A stretch of 64,000 bases of DNA from Candidatus Sulfomarinibacteraceae bacterium (GCA_963714895.1 CAVQQC010000020.1:21985-85984); one strand, 5' to 3'. Positions 1-11,147 are shown, counted from the first letter of the stretch. Made by a program: numbers and translations. The notes: a model not told the origin generated them from the sequence alone.

Positions 1-2939
1 TTCCGGGCGCATCGCCGGAGGTGATGGAGTCCGACGTCACCGACGTCATCGAGTCGGCGGTCAACACCATCGAGGGCATCGACCAGATCACCTCCTATTC
101 GGGGCAGGGCGTGTCGCAGGTGACGGTGATGTTCACCACCGACCGTGACGTCGACATCGCCGCCCAGGACGTTCGCGACAAGGTCTCCGGCGCGGTCGGT
201 CAGCTGCCGCTGGACGCCGAACCACCGATCGTCCAGAAATTCGACGTCAACACCCAGCCGATGTTGTGGATGGCGCTGGCCGGGCTCGACGCCCGCGAAC
301 TGTCGGATTACGCGGACCAGGTGGTCAAACCCCAGCTGCAGTCTGTGCCCGGGGTCGGCAACGTGTTGGTCCCCGGCTTCCGCGAACCGATGATCCGGAT
401 CTGGATCGACCGTGACAAACTCGCCGCCCACCGGCTGGCGGTCAACGACGTGATCATGGCGCTGAATCGCGAAAACCTCGAGCTGCCCGGCGGCTTCATT
501 GAAGGCCCCTTGACCGAGCTCGCGGTGCGCAACCTCGGTCTCTTCGAGACGGTCGAGGACTTCGACAATCTGATCATCACCACGGTCGACGGCCGGCCGA
601 TCCGGCTCAATGATGTCGGCTTCACCCAGCTCGGTGTGGCCGACGAACGAGGAATGGCGCGCTACAACCTGACCCCGACCCTCGGTCTCGGCATCGCACC
701 CCGCGCCGGCGCCAACCTGGTCGACGTCAACCGCGCCGCCCGCGAGCGGATGGACGAGCTCGCCAAGGACTTCCCTCCGGGGCTCTTCTACGACGTCGCC
801 TTTGACGGCGCCGAATACGTCGAGAAGTCGATCGAGAACGTCCAGGTGGACATCGTCTACGGCGCGGTGCTGGCGATCCTGGTGGTCTTTGTCTTCCTGA
901 GGTCGTGGCGCTCGACCTTTATCGTATCGCTGGCCATCCCGACCTCCCTGATTGCGACCTTCGGCTTCATGCGCGCCTTTGGCTTTTCGCTCAACAACCT
1001 CACGACCCTGGCACTGGCGCTGTCGGTGGGGGTCGTGATCGACGACGCCATCGTCGTTCTGGAGAACATCTTCCGCCACCAGGAAGAGGGCGAGGACCCC
1101 TCCACCGCCGCCCTCAAGGGGACACGGGAGATCGCGCTCGCCGCCATGGCCGCGACCTTCGCGATCGCCGCGGTCTTCATCCCGGTGGCCTACATGAAGG
1201 GCATGATCGGCCAGTTTCTCTACGAGTTCGGCATCTCGGTGGCGGCGGCGGTCCTGATTTCGCTCTTCGTCGCCCTCACCCTGACCCCCATGCTGTGTTC
1301 GCGGATCTTGACGGTAAAACCCAAGCACGGCAGGCTGTATGAGATCCTCGAGGGCGGTTTCGACCGGCTCGAACAGGCCTACGCCACGGCCCTCGACTGG
1401 GTCCTCCGGCACAAGATCACCACCCTGGTCGCGTCGACCGTGATCGTCGTCGCCAGTCTCGGTCTGACACCGTTCATCGGCGCCGAGTTCGCCCCGGCCG
1501 AGGACATGTCGTCGTTCATGATCACAGCCGAGGCGCCGGTCGGCATCTCGCTCGAGGCCATGGACCGCAAGATGCAGGAGATGGAGCGCATCGTGCTCTC
1601 CCAGCCCGAGATCCGCTCCGGCTTTGCCGCTCTCGACATCGAAGAGCGGGGGCGGGTCAACTCGGGGATCATGTTCATGCGGATGTTCAAACCCGACCAG
1701 CGCGAGACCACCCAGGCCGAGGTGGTGCAGCGACTGCGCCGGGAGCTGGCGCAGATCGAAGGGCTGCAGGCCTCGGTCATCGAGTTCAGCTTCTACAACG
1801 TCGGCGGCGAGGGCGGCGAAAAGGCCCTCGCCTACTCGATCCGTGGTCCCAGCCTCGACGAGCTCGACCGTATCGGACGCCGAATGATCGAGAGGCTTTC
1901 AGCCGAGCCCGGCTTCGTCGACCTCGACACCAACCTCGACCTCGAACAGCCGCAGCTTTATGTCACCGTCGACCGCGAACGGGCGGCCGACCTCGGTCTC
2001 GATGCGGCCACCATCTTCGAAACCGTGTACGCACTGGTCGCGGGCCGCGAGGTCGGATCCTTCACCGACGAGGGCAAACGCTACGACGTCCGCATCAAGG
2101 TCCACCCAACGCAAGCCAGAACTCCCGAGGACATCGGCCGGCTCGAGGTCCGCACCAGGACCGGCCAGATGGTACGGCTCGACTCGGTGGTCGAGATCAC
2201 CTACGGCGTCGGCCCGATCAACATCAACCGCACCGACCGCGAGCGCTCGGTTCTTCTCTCCGCCAACCTCGAGGGGGTGCCGCTCAACCGCGCTCTCGAG
2301 ACCGTCGACCGAATTTTCGACGAGGAGCTGCCCGAGGGCTACTACGCCACGATCACCGGCCAGGCCGAGGAGTTCGCCTCCTCCATGAACTCGCTGCTGT
2401 TCGCCATCGGTCTCGCCATCCTCATCGTCTACATGTTGTTGGCGAGCCAGTTCGATTCACTGCTCCACCCCTTCACCATCATGTTCGCCCTGCCGCCGGC
2501 CATGGTCGGCGCGCTGCTCGCACTGTTCGTCACCGGTTATACGATCAACATCATGTCGGTGATCGGGATCATCCTCCTCTTCGGTCTGGTGACCAAGAAC
2601 TCGATCCTGCTGGTCGACCTGACGATCCAGAAGCAGGAGACGGGCCTCGATCGCGAAGCAGCCCTGCGTGAGGCGTGCCCGATCCGCCTGCGGCCGATTC
2701 TGATGACCGCGGTGTCGATGGTCTTCGGCGTGCTGCCGGTGGCGCTGGCCCTCGGCGAGGGCGGCGAGGCGCGCGCACCGATGGCGGTCGCGACCGCGGG
2801 CGGAATGACCGTCTCCACCTTCCTCACCCTCTTCCTGGTGCCCGTCGTCTACGCCTACATGGATCGCCTCGGGTCCATCTTCCGCGGCAAGCGCGAAAAG
2901 CACGGACGGTTGGAGGCGGTGGTGGAGGAAACGACGTAG
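1..2939 (+). CDS. RND (HAE1/AcrB-family) efflux transporter permease, 5' end outside window
   Basis: 972-aa ORF. The frame is already open from nt 3 (PGASPEVMESDVTDVIE...), so about 50 N-terminal residues lie upstream. It has AcrB-like porter domains and two TM bundles (…ISVAAAVLISLFVALTLTPML…, …GGMTVSTFLTLFLVPVVY…). Confidence 0.9.
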   Translation, partial: PGASPEVMESDVTDVIESAVNTIEGIDQITSYSGQGVSQVTVMFTTDRDVDIAAQDVRDKVSGAVGQLPLDAEPPIVQKFDVNTQPMLWMALAGLDARELSDYADQVVKPQLQSVPGVGNVLVPGFREPMIRIWIDRDKLAAHRLAVNDVIMALNRENLELPGGFIEGPLTELAVRNLGLFETVEDFDNLIITTVDGRPIRLNDVGFTQLGVADERGMARYNLTPTLGLGIAPRAGANLVDVNRAARERMDELAKDFPPGLFYDVAFDGAEYVEKSIENVQVDIVYGAVLAILVVFVFLRSWRSTFIVSLAIPTSLIATFGFMRAFGFSLNNLTTLALALSVGVVIDDAIVVLENIFRHQEEGEDPSTAALKGTREIALAAMAATFAIAAVFIPVAYMKGMIGQFLYEFGISVAAAVLISLFVALTLTPMLCSRILTVKPKHGRLYEILEGGFDRLEQAYATALDWVLRHKITTLVASTVIVVASLGLTPFIGAEFAPAEDMSSFMITAEAPVGISLEAMDRKMQEMERIVLSQPEIRSGFAALDIEERGRVNSGIMFMRMFKPDQRETTQAEVVQRLRRELAQIEGLQASVIEFSFYNVGGEGGEKALAYSIRGPSLDELDRIGRRMIERLSAEPGFVDLDTNLDLEQPQLYVTVDRERAADLGLDAATIFETVYALVAGREVGSFTDEGKRYDVRIKVHPTQARTPEDIGRLEVRTRTGQMVRLDSVVEITYGVGPININRTDRERSVLLSANLEGVPLNRALETVDRIFDEELPEGYYATITGQAEEFASSMNSLLFAIGLAILIVYMLLASQFDSLLHPFTIMFALPPAMVGALLALFVTGYTINIMSVIGIILLFGLVTKNSILLVDLTIQKQETGLDREAALREACPIRLRPILMTAVSMVFGVLPVALALGEGGEARAPMAVATAGGMTVSTFLTLFLVPVVYAYMDRLGSIFRGKREKHGRLEAVVEETT

Positions 2940-2942
2940 GTT

Positions 2943-2968
2943 GAATTCGGAATTCGGAATTCGGATTT
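2943..2968. repeat. Tandem heptamer array (GAATTCG)x3.5
   Basis: gaattcggaattcggaattcggattt begins 4 nt after the RND stop codon. Confidence 0.9.
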
Positions 2969-3124
2969 GCCGACCAACCTCCCACCGATAAGTGCGCCCG
3001 AGTGTTCAGGGAGGGTGGTACCCAACCGCATGGCACGCGGGACGCGTGCCCCACAAACGTCTCAGCGGCGGCCCGGTTGTGGGGCAGCCGTCCCGCCTTC
3101 CAGGTAGGTGTGACCGCTTGCGGC

Positions 3125-3212
3125 GGAGGTGCCACTTTTGACATTGTTGGATTCCCGGATCTTCACGAAGTGAGGGATTTCTCGGGCCACACAATGTCAA
3201 GGGTGGCTCCTC
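3125..3212 (+). repeat. Family-A hairpin element, copy 1 (REP-like or structured RNA candidate)
   Basis: GGAGGTGCCAC-TTTTGACATTGT ... ACAATGTCAAGG-GTGGCTCCTC. About 20-bp stem with a 43-nt loop. The same architecture recurs at 19766, 24997, 25120, 27518, 28078 and 55804 (reverse orientation). Confidence 0.8.
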
Positions 3213-3392
3213 TCGGGAATGCCGTTCAGAAACGGCCCGGGTGCGGAGGAGGTGCCATTTGAGCCTTGTGCAAGATCATCGACACTGCCGTTCTTCGGTG
3301 GTGCTTCAGGAAGGCGGGGCAGGCCCCGCCACTACAGGGAAGTGCCCTTTGCGGGTAGGGGCGGCACCTGTGCCGCCCGGTCTCAATCAGTT

Positions 3393-3420
3393 TCTGAAGG
3401 TGGGCCAGGGCCTACCGTAC
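3393..3420. repeat. REP-like palindrome, family C (TCTGAAGGTGGGCCAGGGCCTACC)
   Basis: Near-identical to tctgaaggtgggccaaggcccaccctac at 11247-11274. Confidence 0.7.
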
Positions 3421-3489
3421 GCCGTGCCGACGGCGATAAGCCACGTTCGGGTGCTCACGCCGTGTTGGACGTGCCACCATTCTTTTTCT

Positions 3490-3545
3490 GTCCGCCGGCC
3501 GTTGGCCGGCGGACAAAAAGAGGTCCCGGCCGTGAGGCCGGGACC
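3490..3545 (-). terminator. Putative intrinsic terminator of the TonB-dependent receptor gene (double hairpin)
   Basis: Two hairpins: ggtcccggcc-gtga-ggccgggacc (3522-3545) and gtccgccggcc-gtt-ggccggcggac (3490-3514). On the minus strand the first hairpin lies 9 nt after the stop codon and is followed by TCTTTTT. Confidence 0.6.
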
Positions 3546-3553
3546 GAAAGTGA

Positions 3554-6509
3554 TCAGAAACGAACGCCGAGCGAGAACCGGAAGGTCCTCGGCGTCTGGT
3601 AGGAATTCTCGGACGTCGGCTCGCCGAAGCTGGAGCCGAAGTCCCAGTTGGTGCCCTGCACCGGGGTCTCGGTGAAGGGGTTGAAGGTATAGCTGCCGTT
3701 GGTGTCGAACACGTTGATCGTGGTGTTGCCGCCGTCCTGGCCCTGCTGGTTGAAGGCGTTGGTCAGGTCGAACTGGGCGAACAACTGCACGCCGGCGCCG
3801 ACGGTGAACCCGTAGTTGAGGGCGAAGTCGGTGCTCGAGATGTTGTCCCAGTGCTGCGAACCGGGTTCGGAGAAATAGTAGGTCGCGGTCGAGGGCGGGG
3901 TGATATAGCCCGGGTTGGTGACGTACGGCCTCACATCGACCGAACCGGTCCACGAGTAGTTGTTGCCGGTGTAGTAGTTGAACAACACCGATGCCGACAG
4001 GCTGTTGCGCTTGGTCGAAATGGCGTCCCACACCACCCAGGTGCGGAACTGGTTGCGCAGATCACTGGCGGTGTAGCCGTCGGGGTAGTTCCACGAAGCC
4101 TCGCCGTACTCGGGGTAGACCAGGGCGCCGCCGGTCACCGGACCGGAGGCCGAGGTCTCGCCGTCGAAGTTGCCCTTGGCGGTCGAGTAGGTCCAGCTGG
4201 CGCCGATGTCCCACCGGTCGCCGATGCGGTACTGGACGTTGGTGTGGAGACCGTTGTAGGTGCGGTTGTAGATGTTGCCGGTGTCGTTGGTGACGTACAT
4301 CTGGTCGATCTCACCGATGAAACCGGTGTCGACCGTGCGCCCCACCTCGGAGTTCTGGATGTAGAAGGACTTGGCATCGCGATAGACGTAGTCTACCCGG
4401 ACGACGCCGCGGTTACCCAGGCGCTTTGTGAACCCGAGAGACCACTCATCGGTGTAAGGCGAGGCCAAAGTACCGGGCGGAATCACCGGGGTGAAGCCGG
4501 GGAAGGAACCACCCGAGAAGCCGGGCAGCGTGTTGACACCACCATTGGCTTCGAACCAGTCGTTCCAGATCTGGATGGCGTCGTCCTGGCTCACCAGGTT
4601 CGAGTAGTCACCGGTGGAGTAAGCCTCGCAGTTGACGCAGGGACCTGTGTAATAAAGGAGGGTCCAGGCCGGCGATCCGGCGTCGGAAGCGTCGTTGGCG
4701 ACGCCCTGGGCCAGGGCCGCGGTGTACTGCGAGTAGGAGGCGTTGATGACGAAGTCGCCGTCGGCCTTGATGTCCCAGGCGACGCCGAGCCGCGGGGTCA
4801 GGCGCGAGTCGTTGGAGACCAAGGTGTTCGAGCCGTCGACGCCCTTGTTCCTGTCGTAACGGAGACCGACGTTGAACGACCAGTTGTTGTTGAGGCGCCA
4901 GGTGTCGTTGGCGTAGAGCGACTCGGTCGTGAAGTCGGAAGAGTTGGGAGGCCCGAAGATGGGGGTCCACCGGTAATAGGTCTGACGGTTGTTGACAGAT
5001 CGATCCGGCGCGAACACCGGGTAGATCGAGTTGTCAGGGAGGATGATGGCGGTGGAACCGTAGATGCGGAAGTCGGACCCCTGCTGGTGGTTGTCCTGGA
5101 TGCGGTAGTCGTGGAACTCGTCGTAACCGACCACCAGGTCGTGGGTGCCGAGCATTCTCACTGGTTAAGAAGTACGAGCCCTTGAGGTACCAGTTCTCGT
5201 TGTTGCGCTCCTCCTCGAGGCACTCGGGCGCCGAGCAGAAGGTCGGCGTGTGGTAGCGCGCGAACCGCGCGAGCGATCGAGCAGCAGGGTGCCGCCGATG
5301 ATGTCGGTGTAGGGCGAGCCCGAACCGACGCCGATCTGGTAGTTGCGCTCGGAGTAGAGACCTTCGAGGAAGAAGTTCTCGGTGATCACACCGGTGTAGT
5401 TGACCGACCACATGTCCTGCGGGTCCGAGCGGGCCGGGTTGAGGCTCGCCAGGTCGAGGATGGTGCCGAAGTCGGTGTTGTTCGAAGCCGACTCGATCTC
5501 GGCGTAGGAACCGACCACGCGGTGGTCCTTGGTGATCGACCAGGTGAGCTTGCCCTCGTAGCGCTGGTTGTCGTTGCCGTAGGTGTAGGGAATCAGGGTG
5601 TAGTCGGTGGTCCGCGACTCGGAGAACGAGGTGTCGCGGGCGGCCAGGAAGAACCACAGCGCGTCCTTGAGGATGTAACCACCGAAGGTGGCCTCGTAGA
5701 TGGTGCTGATGTCATCGACCGCATCGGGAGAGAGCTCGGTGCGCGAGACCCACTTGTCGTTCGACAGGTTGGCGCGGAACGAACCCGAGAACTGGTTGCC
5801 GCCGCTCTTGGTCAGCATGTTGATGACGCCGCCCTGGAAGCGGCCGTACTCGGCCGACACACCCGAGGTCGAGGTCGTGGTCTCGAGGACCGCGTCCTCG
5901 ATGTAGAGGTCGAGCGCCTGGCCGCGGATGTTCTCGTTGACCACGACGCCGTTGATCAGCCACAGGTTCTCGTACGACTGGGCGCCCGAGATGGTGATGC
6001 CGTTGATGCCGGCGCTGTTGACGCCGGGGACCAGCAGCGAGGCCGATTCGATGGTGCGGGTGATCGGCCAGTTTCTCCTGGAAGTCGAGGGGCACGGTGG
6101 TCTGGGCGACGATGTTCTGCGAGATGGTCTCGCCGGCGCCCACGACCTCGATCTCGCCCTCGAAGCTCTCATCCACCATCATCACGTCGAGGCGCTTGAC
6201 CTGCTGGTTGGAGACCTTGACGCCCTCGGCGGTCTGGGTCTTGAAGCCCTCGAGGCTGAAGGTCACGGTGTAGTCACCGGGAGCCAGGAACGGCGAGATG
6301 AAGTCACCGTTGGTCTGCGAGATGACGACCTTGTCGCCCTGCGACGCCGGTGAGCTGATCTGGATGGTCACACCCGGCAGGCCCTCGCCGTTGTACATGA
6401 TGGTGCCGCTGATGGACCCGGTCTGGCTGGTCTGCGCGGCGGCGGGAATCGCCGCCACGGCCACAGCCACGGCCAGCAACAAAATCAAATTACGTCGATT
6501 CATACCCAA
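3554..6509 (-). pseudogene. TonB-dependent receptor with N-terminal carboxypeptidase-regulatory-like domain (reading frame broken at least 3 times)
   Basis: The N-terminus (5712-6509 frame) has a signal peptide plus GSISGTIMYNGEGLPGVTIQ…GDYTVTFSLEGF (CarboxypepD_reg). The plug and barrel continue in the 5165-6172 frame, briefly in the 5034-5657 frame, then in the 3554-5161 frame. The protein ends in …FRFSLGVRF, an aromatic C-terminus typical of OM barrels. Shifts lie near 6070, 5280 and 5165. Confidence 0.85.
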
Positions 6510-6968
6510 TTCTCCTTACAAAAAATTTTGAACGAAAACGAAGAATGTCTTCCTCGCACGGATCCTCCTCCCTCCTGCGTCACCCTCCTTTCATCGTTCG
6601 AACAGCGGCAGCCGGACCCGATCTTCGGCTTCCTCCAACCGAATCCGGGTCGACGCCGCCCGTGGTTGCAACGTGGTGTTCTGGTGGTCGTTCGTCTTCA
6701 AGGAAAAAATCTCCTGCAATTTCCGTGCCCTGGGAGACACATCAACCCGGGATTGTCTTGATATTGAGACACCGAACCCAAAACCATCTCCGGGATCGAC
6801 TTTCCCTTTGAAAACAACAACTTCGGTGTGGAGCCGGTTCAGATCGCCGACGGGGTCACCTCGGGGGTGTCCCGTGGTGGAGGCAATCCACCATCCGGAA
6901 CATCCGAAATTTCGGACCCTCCGCCGGGAGGATGTCCGGTCTTCCGGACACGACGTGGTATCTCCGGA

Positions 6969-7586
6969 TTACTGGCCGAGGTCGAAGGGGATCTCGAGGC
7001 TCGACTCTTCGAGCTCGATGATCAGCTTCCACCGTCCCGGTTGGACCCCGCCCGCAACCGGAAAGACGAGCATGCCGATGCACAGCTCGCGCTGGTTGAC
7101 CCAGATGGCGTCCCGCGTCGACCCGGTCCCCGGGATGCGAAGGAAGTTGAGAACGCACTCCCGCTTGTCGCCCCGGGTGGCCTGAAGCGGCTCTGACGCC
7201 ACGGCCGCGCGGCGGAGCATGCTCTGCAGCTGCGGGTAGGCGTCGATGAACTCCTTCTGGGTCGGCAGCGGGATCCGCCGACCGTCGGGGGTTCGCACCG
7301 ACACATCGCTCAACTCGACCTCGATCGATTCCGACCGCTGACCGGTGAGCGCGACATCGATGATCAGCCACTCGTCACCAAGACTCGAGTCGGCGAATTT
7401 GTAACTGACGATGCCTTCGAGGTCCGCGCCGACCGTCCTCACCTGGGTGCGGCCGACCTGGGTCACGCTGGGCTTGACCGGTCCCGTGGCCTTCGAACCG
7501 TCCGAGCTGCTCGATCCGCATCCCGCGATCATCACCACGGTCGCGGCCCCGATGGCGATGTGCATCACGACCCTTCTCGTTTTCAT
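6969..7586 (-). CDS. Hypothetical lipoprotein
   Basis: MKTRRVVMHIAIGAATVVMIAGCGSSS is a lipobox signal peptide. A GGAGGTGG Shine-Dalgarno lies upstream of the ATG at 7586. I recognise no domain. Confidence 0.6.
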   Translation of the reverse strand: MKTRRVVMHIAIGAATVVMIAGCGSSSSDGSKATGPVKPSVTQVGRTQVRTVGADLEGIVSYKFADSSLGDEWLIIDVALTGQRSESIEVELSDVSVRTPDGRRIPLPTQKEFIDAYPQLQSMLRRAAVASEPLQATRGDKRECVLNFLRIPGTGSTRDAIWVNQRELCIGMLVFPVAGGVQPGRWKLIIELEESSLEIPFDLGQ

Positions 7587-7612
7587 GTCCACCTCCCGGT
7601 GTTGGCCTGCAC

Positions 7613-8875
7613 TCATTGACTGTAGCTCAAGAGCTCCTTGGCGATGGCGGCGTCGGGGTCATCCGGCGCCAGTAGGATGAAGCGTTCGAGGTAGGCGCGC
7701 GCAGACCCGGTGTCACCCTTGTTGAAGGCCGCCATCCCGAGGATGAAGATGGCCTTCGGTTCGTCGGGCCGCACCTTGAGCACGAGTTCCATGAGCCCCG
7801 CCGCCTCGTCGTAGAGGCCGGCGTCGTAATGCTCCACGCCGCGTTTGAAGAGCTCTTCGACCGCATAGTCGGGATCGACCTCCGCCAATTTCGCCGCCAA
7901 CTCCATTTCGACCGCATCGTCGCCGCGCGCCACGGCCATGTCGTAGGCCAGCCTCACGGCCAGCGCGTTGTCGGGCTCGAGCGCCAGCACCGCTTCGACC
8001 TCGCGCCGGGCGCACTCGATGTCACCGTCCTCTTTGCAGATCGCGCCCAGGAAGACGTGCGGCGGCACCAGCGTGGGGTCGACCGTCACCGCTTCCTCGA
8101 GGAGGGCCCTGGCCTTGGCACGGTCGCCCGCGCGGTAGACGTCGATCGCCTCGTTGTAGACGCGGCCGGCGGCCTCGGAGTCGACACCCGCGGTCTTGAG
8201 AGCGGCCGCCGCCTCTTCAGCGCGGGGGTCGCCGTCCTTGCGGTAGGCTTCGTAACGGATCTGCAGGGCACGCGCGTCGGATGCATCCAGCTCGAGCGCC
8301 TTTTCGGCGGCCGCCGCCGATTCGGCGAACTTGCCCTGCAGATAGTAGACCCCGGCGAGCCCGGCAAAAGGCGCCGCAAGGGTCGGGATCGAGCTCGGCC
8401 GCCTTGGCGTAGCGCTCGGCGGCGGTCTCGAGGTCGCCGGCGTTCTGCGCCTCGACACCCGAGTTGAAGACATCGGCCGCCTGTCCCCGGAGCATGGCGG
8501 CGGGATTCGCCGGACCTGTGCCGATCCGGCGGGCCGCATCACGAAGGTCCGCTGGGTGGAACCTCCCACGTTGGCCCGCACCTTTTCCACCAGCACCTCA
8601 TAGCCTTCCTTTTCGAGCTTGTAGGTGTAGGTGAAGGTGGCATTGCTGTGGCCGACCATGAAGCGGCCCTTCTTGTTGCTGGTGGCGGTGTCCTCGTAGT
8701 TCACGAGGTCCGCGGTGGTGATGGTCACCTGGACCCCTTCGATGGGGTTGCCCTCCACGTCGACGACCTTGCCGGCCACCCGGCCGGCGGCCTGGGCGGA
8801 AGCATCGGCCGCCGCCAACACCGCAGCCGCACATACGCACACAACGACGACGATTTCCCGAAACTTCATCATCAC
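7613..8875 (-). pseudogene. Secreted CarboxypepD_reg-like domain + TPR-repeat protein (two local frameshifts)
   Basis: Signal peptide, then GRVAGKVVDVEGNPIEGVQVTIT…, then multiple TPR-like helices. The central segment is read correctly only in the 8217-8495 frame (…GDLETAAERYAKAAELDP…). The start overlaps the VWA gene stop (ATGA). Confidence 0.7.
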
Positions 8876-10614
8876 TCTCCCTGTGAGACGTCCGGTGTGG
8901 ACGAATTCAATACCTGATAGGACGCCTGCCGCGTCAGCCGGTCATAAAGCCCCACCGCCACCCGAAATCGGCCCGACTCGACCAGCAACTGGAGATCGAT
9001 CGACAACCTCAGGTTCGCCATGCGCTCGTACTCGGCCCGCGGAATGTAGATCTCCTGCACCCGCTGCTGGAGGTCGGCCTGTTTGCCGGAGGCGTCGCGC
9101 AGCGACACGTAGAGCACCACTTCGCCGACGAAATTGTCTCCCTGCGGCAGCAGCGCCACCGACCGGGTGGGGAAGGAGACCCGTAACGGCAGGAGCCAGC
9201 GATCCTCCTGGGCCGCTGTCGGCTTGTCGGCAACGGCTTCGATCTGCATCGGGTTCTCGTCGATATCGAAGAGGAGGGCGGTCATCACCCGGTCCTGCAC
9301 TTCCGATTCGCGGCTCTTTTCGACAAAGGCCGAGCGATAGCGGACGTCGAGTCCAGGGTGGTTGGGCAACCTGATCTCGATGCGGTGGACCCGGTCGCTG
9401 CCGACGCTGTGGATGGGGTAGCCGATCGAGTAATAGGTGAAGAGATCCTCGCGGATCCTGGCAAGGCCGCCCGTGAAGTCGTTGGTGCCGACCGTGGACA
9501 ATCCTCCGGTGCGTTCGGCGATGTAGACCAGCGGCTCCTCGGTGTTCATCATCGCGATGGCGGCAGCGGCCGGATCGCCGGACACGCCGCGTTCGGCCGA
9601 CACTCCCACGTCGGGCGCCAGCCCGCGGGCGTCGATGGTGTAGAAGACCATCCCCTGTGAATTGGCGGCTGCAGCCAGATCGCGGTAGTCGGCGCGCTTG
9701 TTGAAACGCGCCGTCAGACTCAGAAAGGACACGCCTTTGTACATGTTGGTGAACTCGTAGAACAGGTCCTTTGCGATCACCATCGGCATCCCGCTGGACA
9801 CGTAGACCAGGCATTTGCGGCCCGGCAACCCGGTGAGCCCGGTCCCCACCATGCGCACCGCCGTGATGTCGCGCTGAATCTCCGAGTTGATCTGGTCGGC
9901 GTAGGAAATGAGGTCGTCCAGGACCAGGGCCGCCTTCTGGGTGAGGGGGTCGTCCTTGCCGACCCTGGTCGCCTCCTCGTTGCGCAGCCGATCGATATCG
10001 CGCTGGAGGTTGGCATGCTGTGACTGGTTTGCCGTCCTGCCGCCCGTGCTCTTCCGCAGCTCCCGCAGGGCGTCGGCAAGCTCGCCGGCGTTCGAGGTGA
10101 AGGGCTGGATGACGTGGGGCGATCCCTGGTTGGCGACGATCATCGCCTGGACGCCATCGCGCACCGTGTCGGTCAGAAACTGGCGCAGGGCCCCCAACAC
10201 CCGGTTGCGGTCGAAGGGCATCAGGTTTTCGTCGTCCACATAGACGACGATGTGGATGGGCTGGATCTCCGGTTGCGGAGCGACCTCGACCCCAGCAGAC
10301 GCCGGGGCCTCATCGGCGGCCGATGCTTCCGTCACCTCGCGCCGAACGGCCTCATTCACCAGGAGGAAGTGGGTCACCTTGCGTTGCTCGCCGTCCTGAA
10401 AGACCTCGAAGTCGTCGATCCCGAGATCGGTGACCGGCGTCCCGTCCTTGTCGCGGACAAACGCCTCGAGGTTGACGACGGTGACCTCGACCTCATCGAG
10501 AAAGGCGAGCCCGCCGACTGCCTGCTGATCGTCCTTTATTTCTTCCGCGGCCCAGCCGGCGAGACCGGCGGCCGCCGTGAGTACGATCAGCCCGGCGATG
10601 GTCTTCTTGCTCAT
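8872..10614 (-). CDS. VWA domain-containing protein (VWFA-related acidobacterial-type, TIGR03436-like)
   Basis: MSKKTIAGLIVLTAAAGLAGW anchor, then LAFLDEVEVTVVNLEAFVRDKDGTPVTDLGIDDFEVFQDGEQRKVTHF… and an HIVVYVDDENL VWA core. The start is taken at ATG 10614 rather than the longer ORF start at 10839. Confidence 0.8.
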   Translation of the reverse strand: MSKKTIAGLIVLTAAAGLAGWAAEEIKDDQQAVGGLAFLDEVEVTVVNLEAFVRDKDGTPVTDLGIDDFEVFQDGEQRKVTHFLLVNEAVRREVTEASAADEAPASAGVEVAPQPEIQPIHIVVYVDDENLMPFDRNRVLGALRQFLTDTVRDGVQAMIVANQGSPHVIQPFTSNAGELADALRELRKSTGGRTANQSQHANLQRDIDRLRNEEATRVGKDDPLTQKAALVLDDLISYADQINSEIQRDITAVRMVGTGLTGLPGRKCLVYVSSGMPMVIAKDLFYEFTNMYKGVSFLSLTARFNKRADYRDLAAAANSQGMVFYTIDARGLAPDVGVSAERGVSGDPAAAAIAMMNTEEPLVYIAERTGGLSTVGTNDFTGGLARIREDLFTYYSIGYPIHSVGSDRVHRIEIRLPNHPGLDVRYRSAFVEKSRESEVQDRVMTALLFDIDENPMQIEAVADKPTAAQEDRWLLPLRVSFPTRSVALLPQGDNFVGEVVLYVSLRDASGKQADLQQRVQEIYIPRAEYERMANLRLSIDLQLLVESGRFRVAVGLYDRLTRQASYQVLNSSTPDVSQGE

Positions 10615-10673
10615 CACTCGCGACGCCCCTCCGCGCCGCAGTGTAGCAGGACGGGCGGCCCGGTTCGCGGCCA

Positions 10674-11108
10674 TCACTTCGGAGGGATCTCCTCGTTGCC
10701 GTTCAGCCCCCCGAGGCGCCGCAGCCCATCGCCGACCTCGAACCAGCTCGCGTGGTGGTCGTAGAAGACGTGCGCTGCAGGCGCCCGGTCGATGGGCTCC
10801 TCCATGTGGGCGAGAGCGATGTGGATCTCGTCGGGCCATCGTTCGCCCTCGAAAAAGAGGGTGCTGCCGCAGCGGCCGCAGAAGCCGCGGCGGGCCGGCG
10901 GCGAGGACCGGTACCAGACGAGGTGTTCCTCACCCGAGGTCATCGAGAACTGCGTCCGCTCCACCCCGAACCACGTCACGAACGCCGCGCCGTGGGCGCG
11001 CCGGCACAGTGAACAGTGGCAGTGGGCGCACCACTTCGTCGGCGGCACGATCTCGAACCGGACGGCGCCGCACAGGCAACGGCCGGTCAAGGAAGAATCG
11101 TCGCTCAT
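10674..11108 (-). CDS. GFA family protein (glutathione-dependent formaldehyde-activating / CENP-V fold)
   Basis: GRCLCGAVRFEI…WCAHCHCSLCRRAHGAAF…GFCGRCGSTLF carries the characteristic Zn-binding Cys pattern. Confidence 0.85.
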   Translation of the reverse strand: MSDDSSLTGRCLCGAVRFEIVPPTKWCAHCHCSLCRRAHGAAFVTWFGVERTQFSMTSGEEHLVWYRSSPPARRGFCGRCGSTLFFEGERWPDEIHIALAHMEEPIDRAPAAHVFYDHHASWFEVGDGLRRLGGLNGNEEIPPK

Positions 11109-11147
11109 GGTCAGCCTCCGGTATGCATTGTAAACGGAGGCGAAGCT

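Noticed and set aside
3851-5185. Long antisense or alternative-frame ORFs, e.g. 3851-5185, 15782-16111, 25490-27040, 37245-38624, 39129-40418, 52029-53543, 54340-55458 and 59081-60625
   Set aside because: These are typical high-GC shadow ORFs opposite or overlapping well-supported genes. Their composition is Arg/Gly/Pro/Ala-rich with no recognisable motifs.
6510-6968. Cobalamin or other riboswitch in the 460-nt leader of the TonB-dependent receptor, and in the 21250-21354 nrdJ leader
   Set aside because: I could not find a B12-box (…AGYCMGGAGACCKGCC…-like) or the GGTG…AATCC core on the sense strand; only generic hairpins are present. This needs a cmscan run to exclude it formally.
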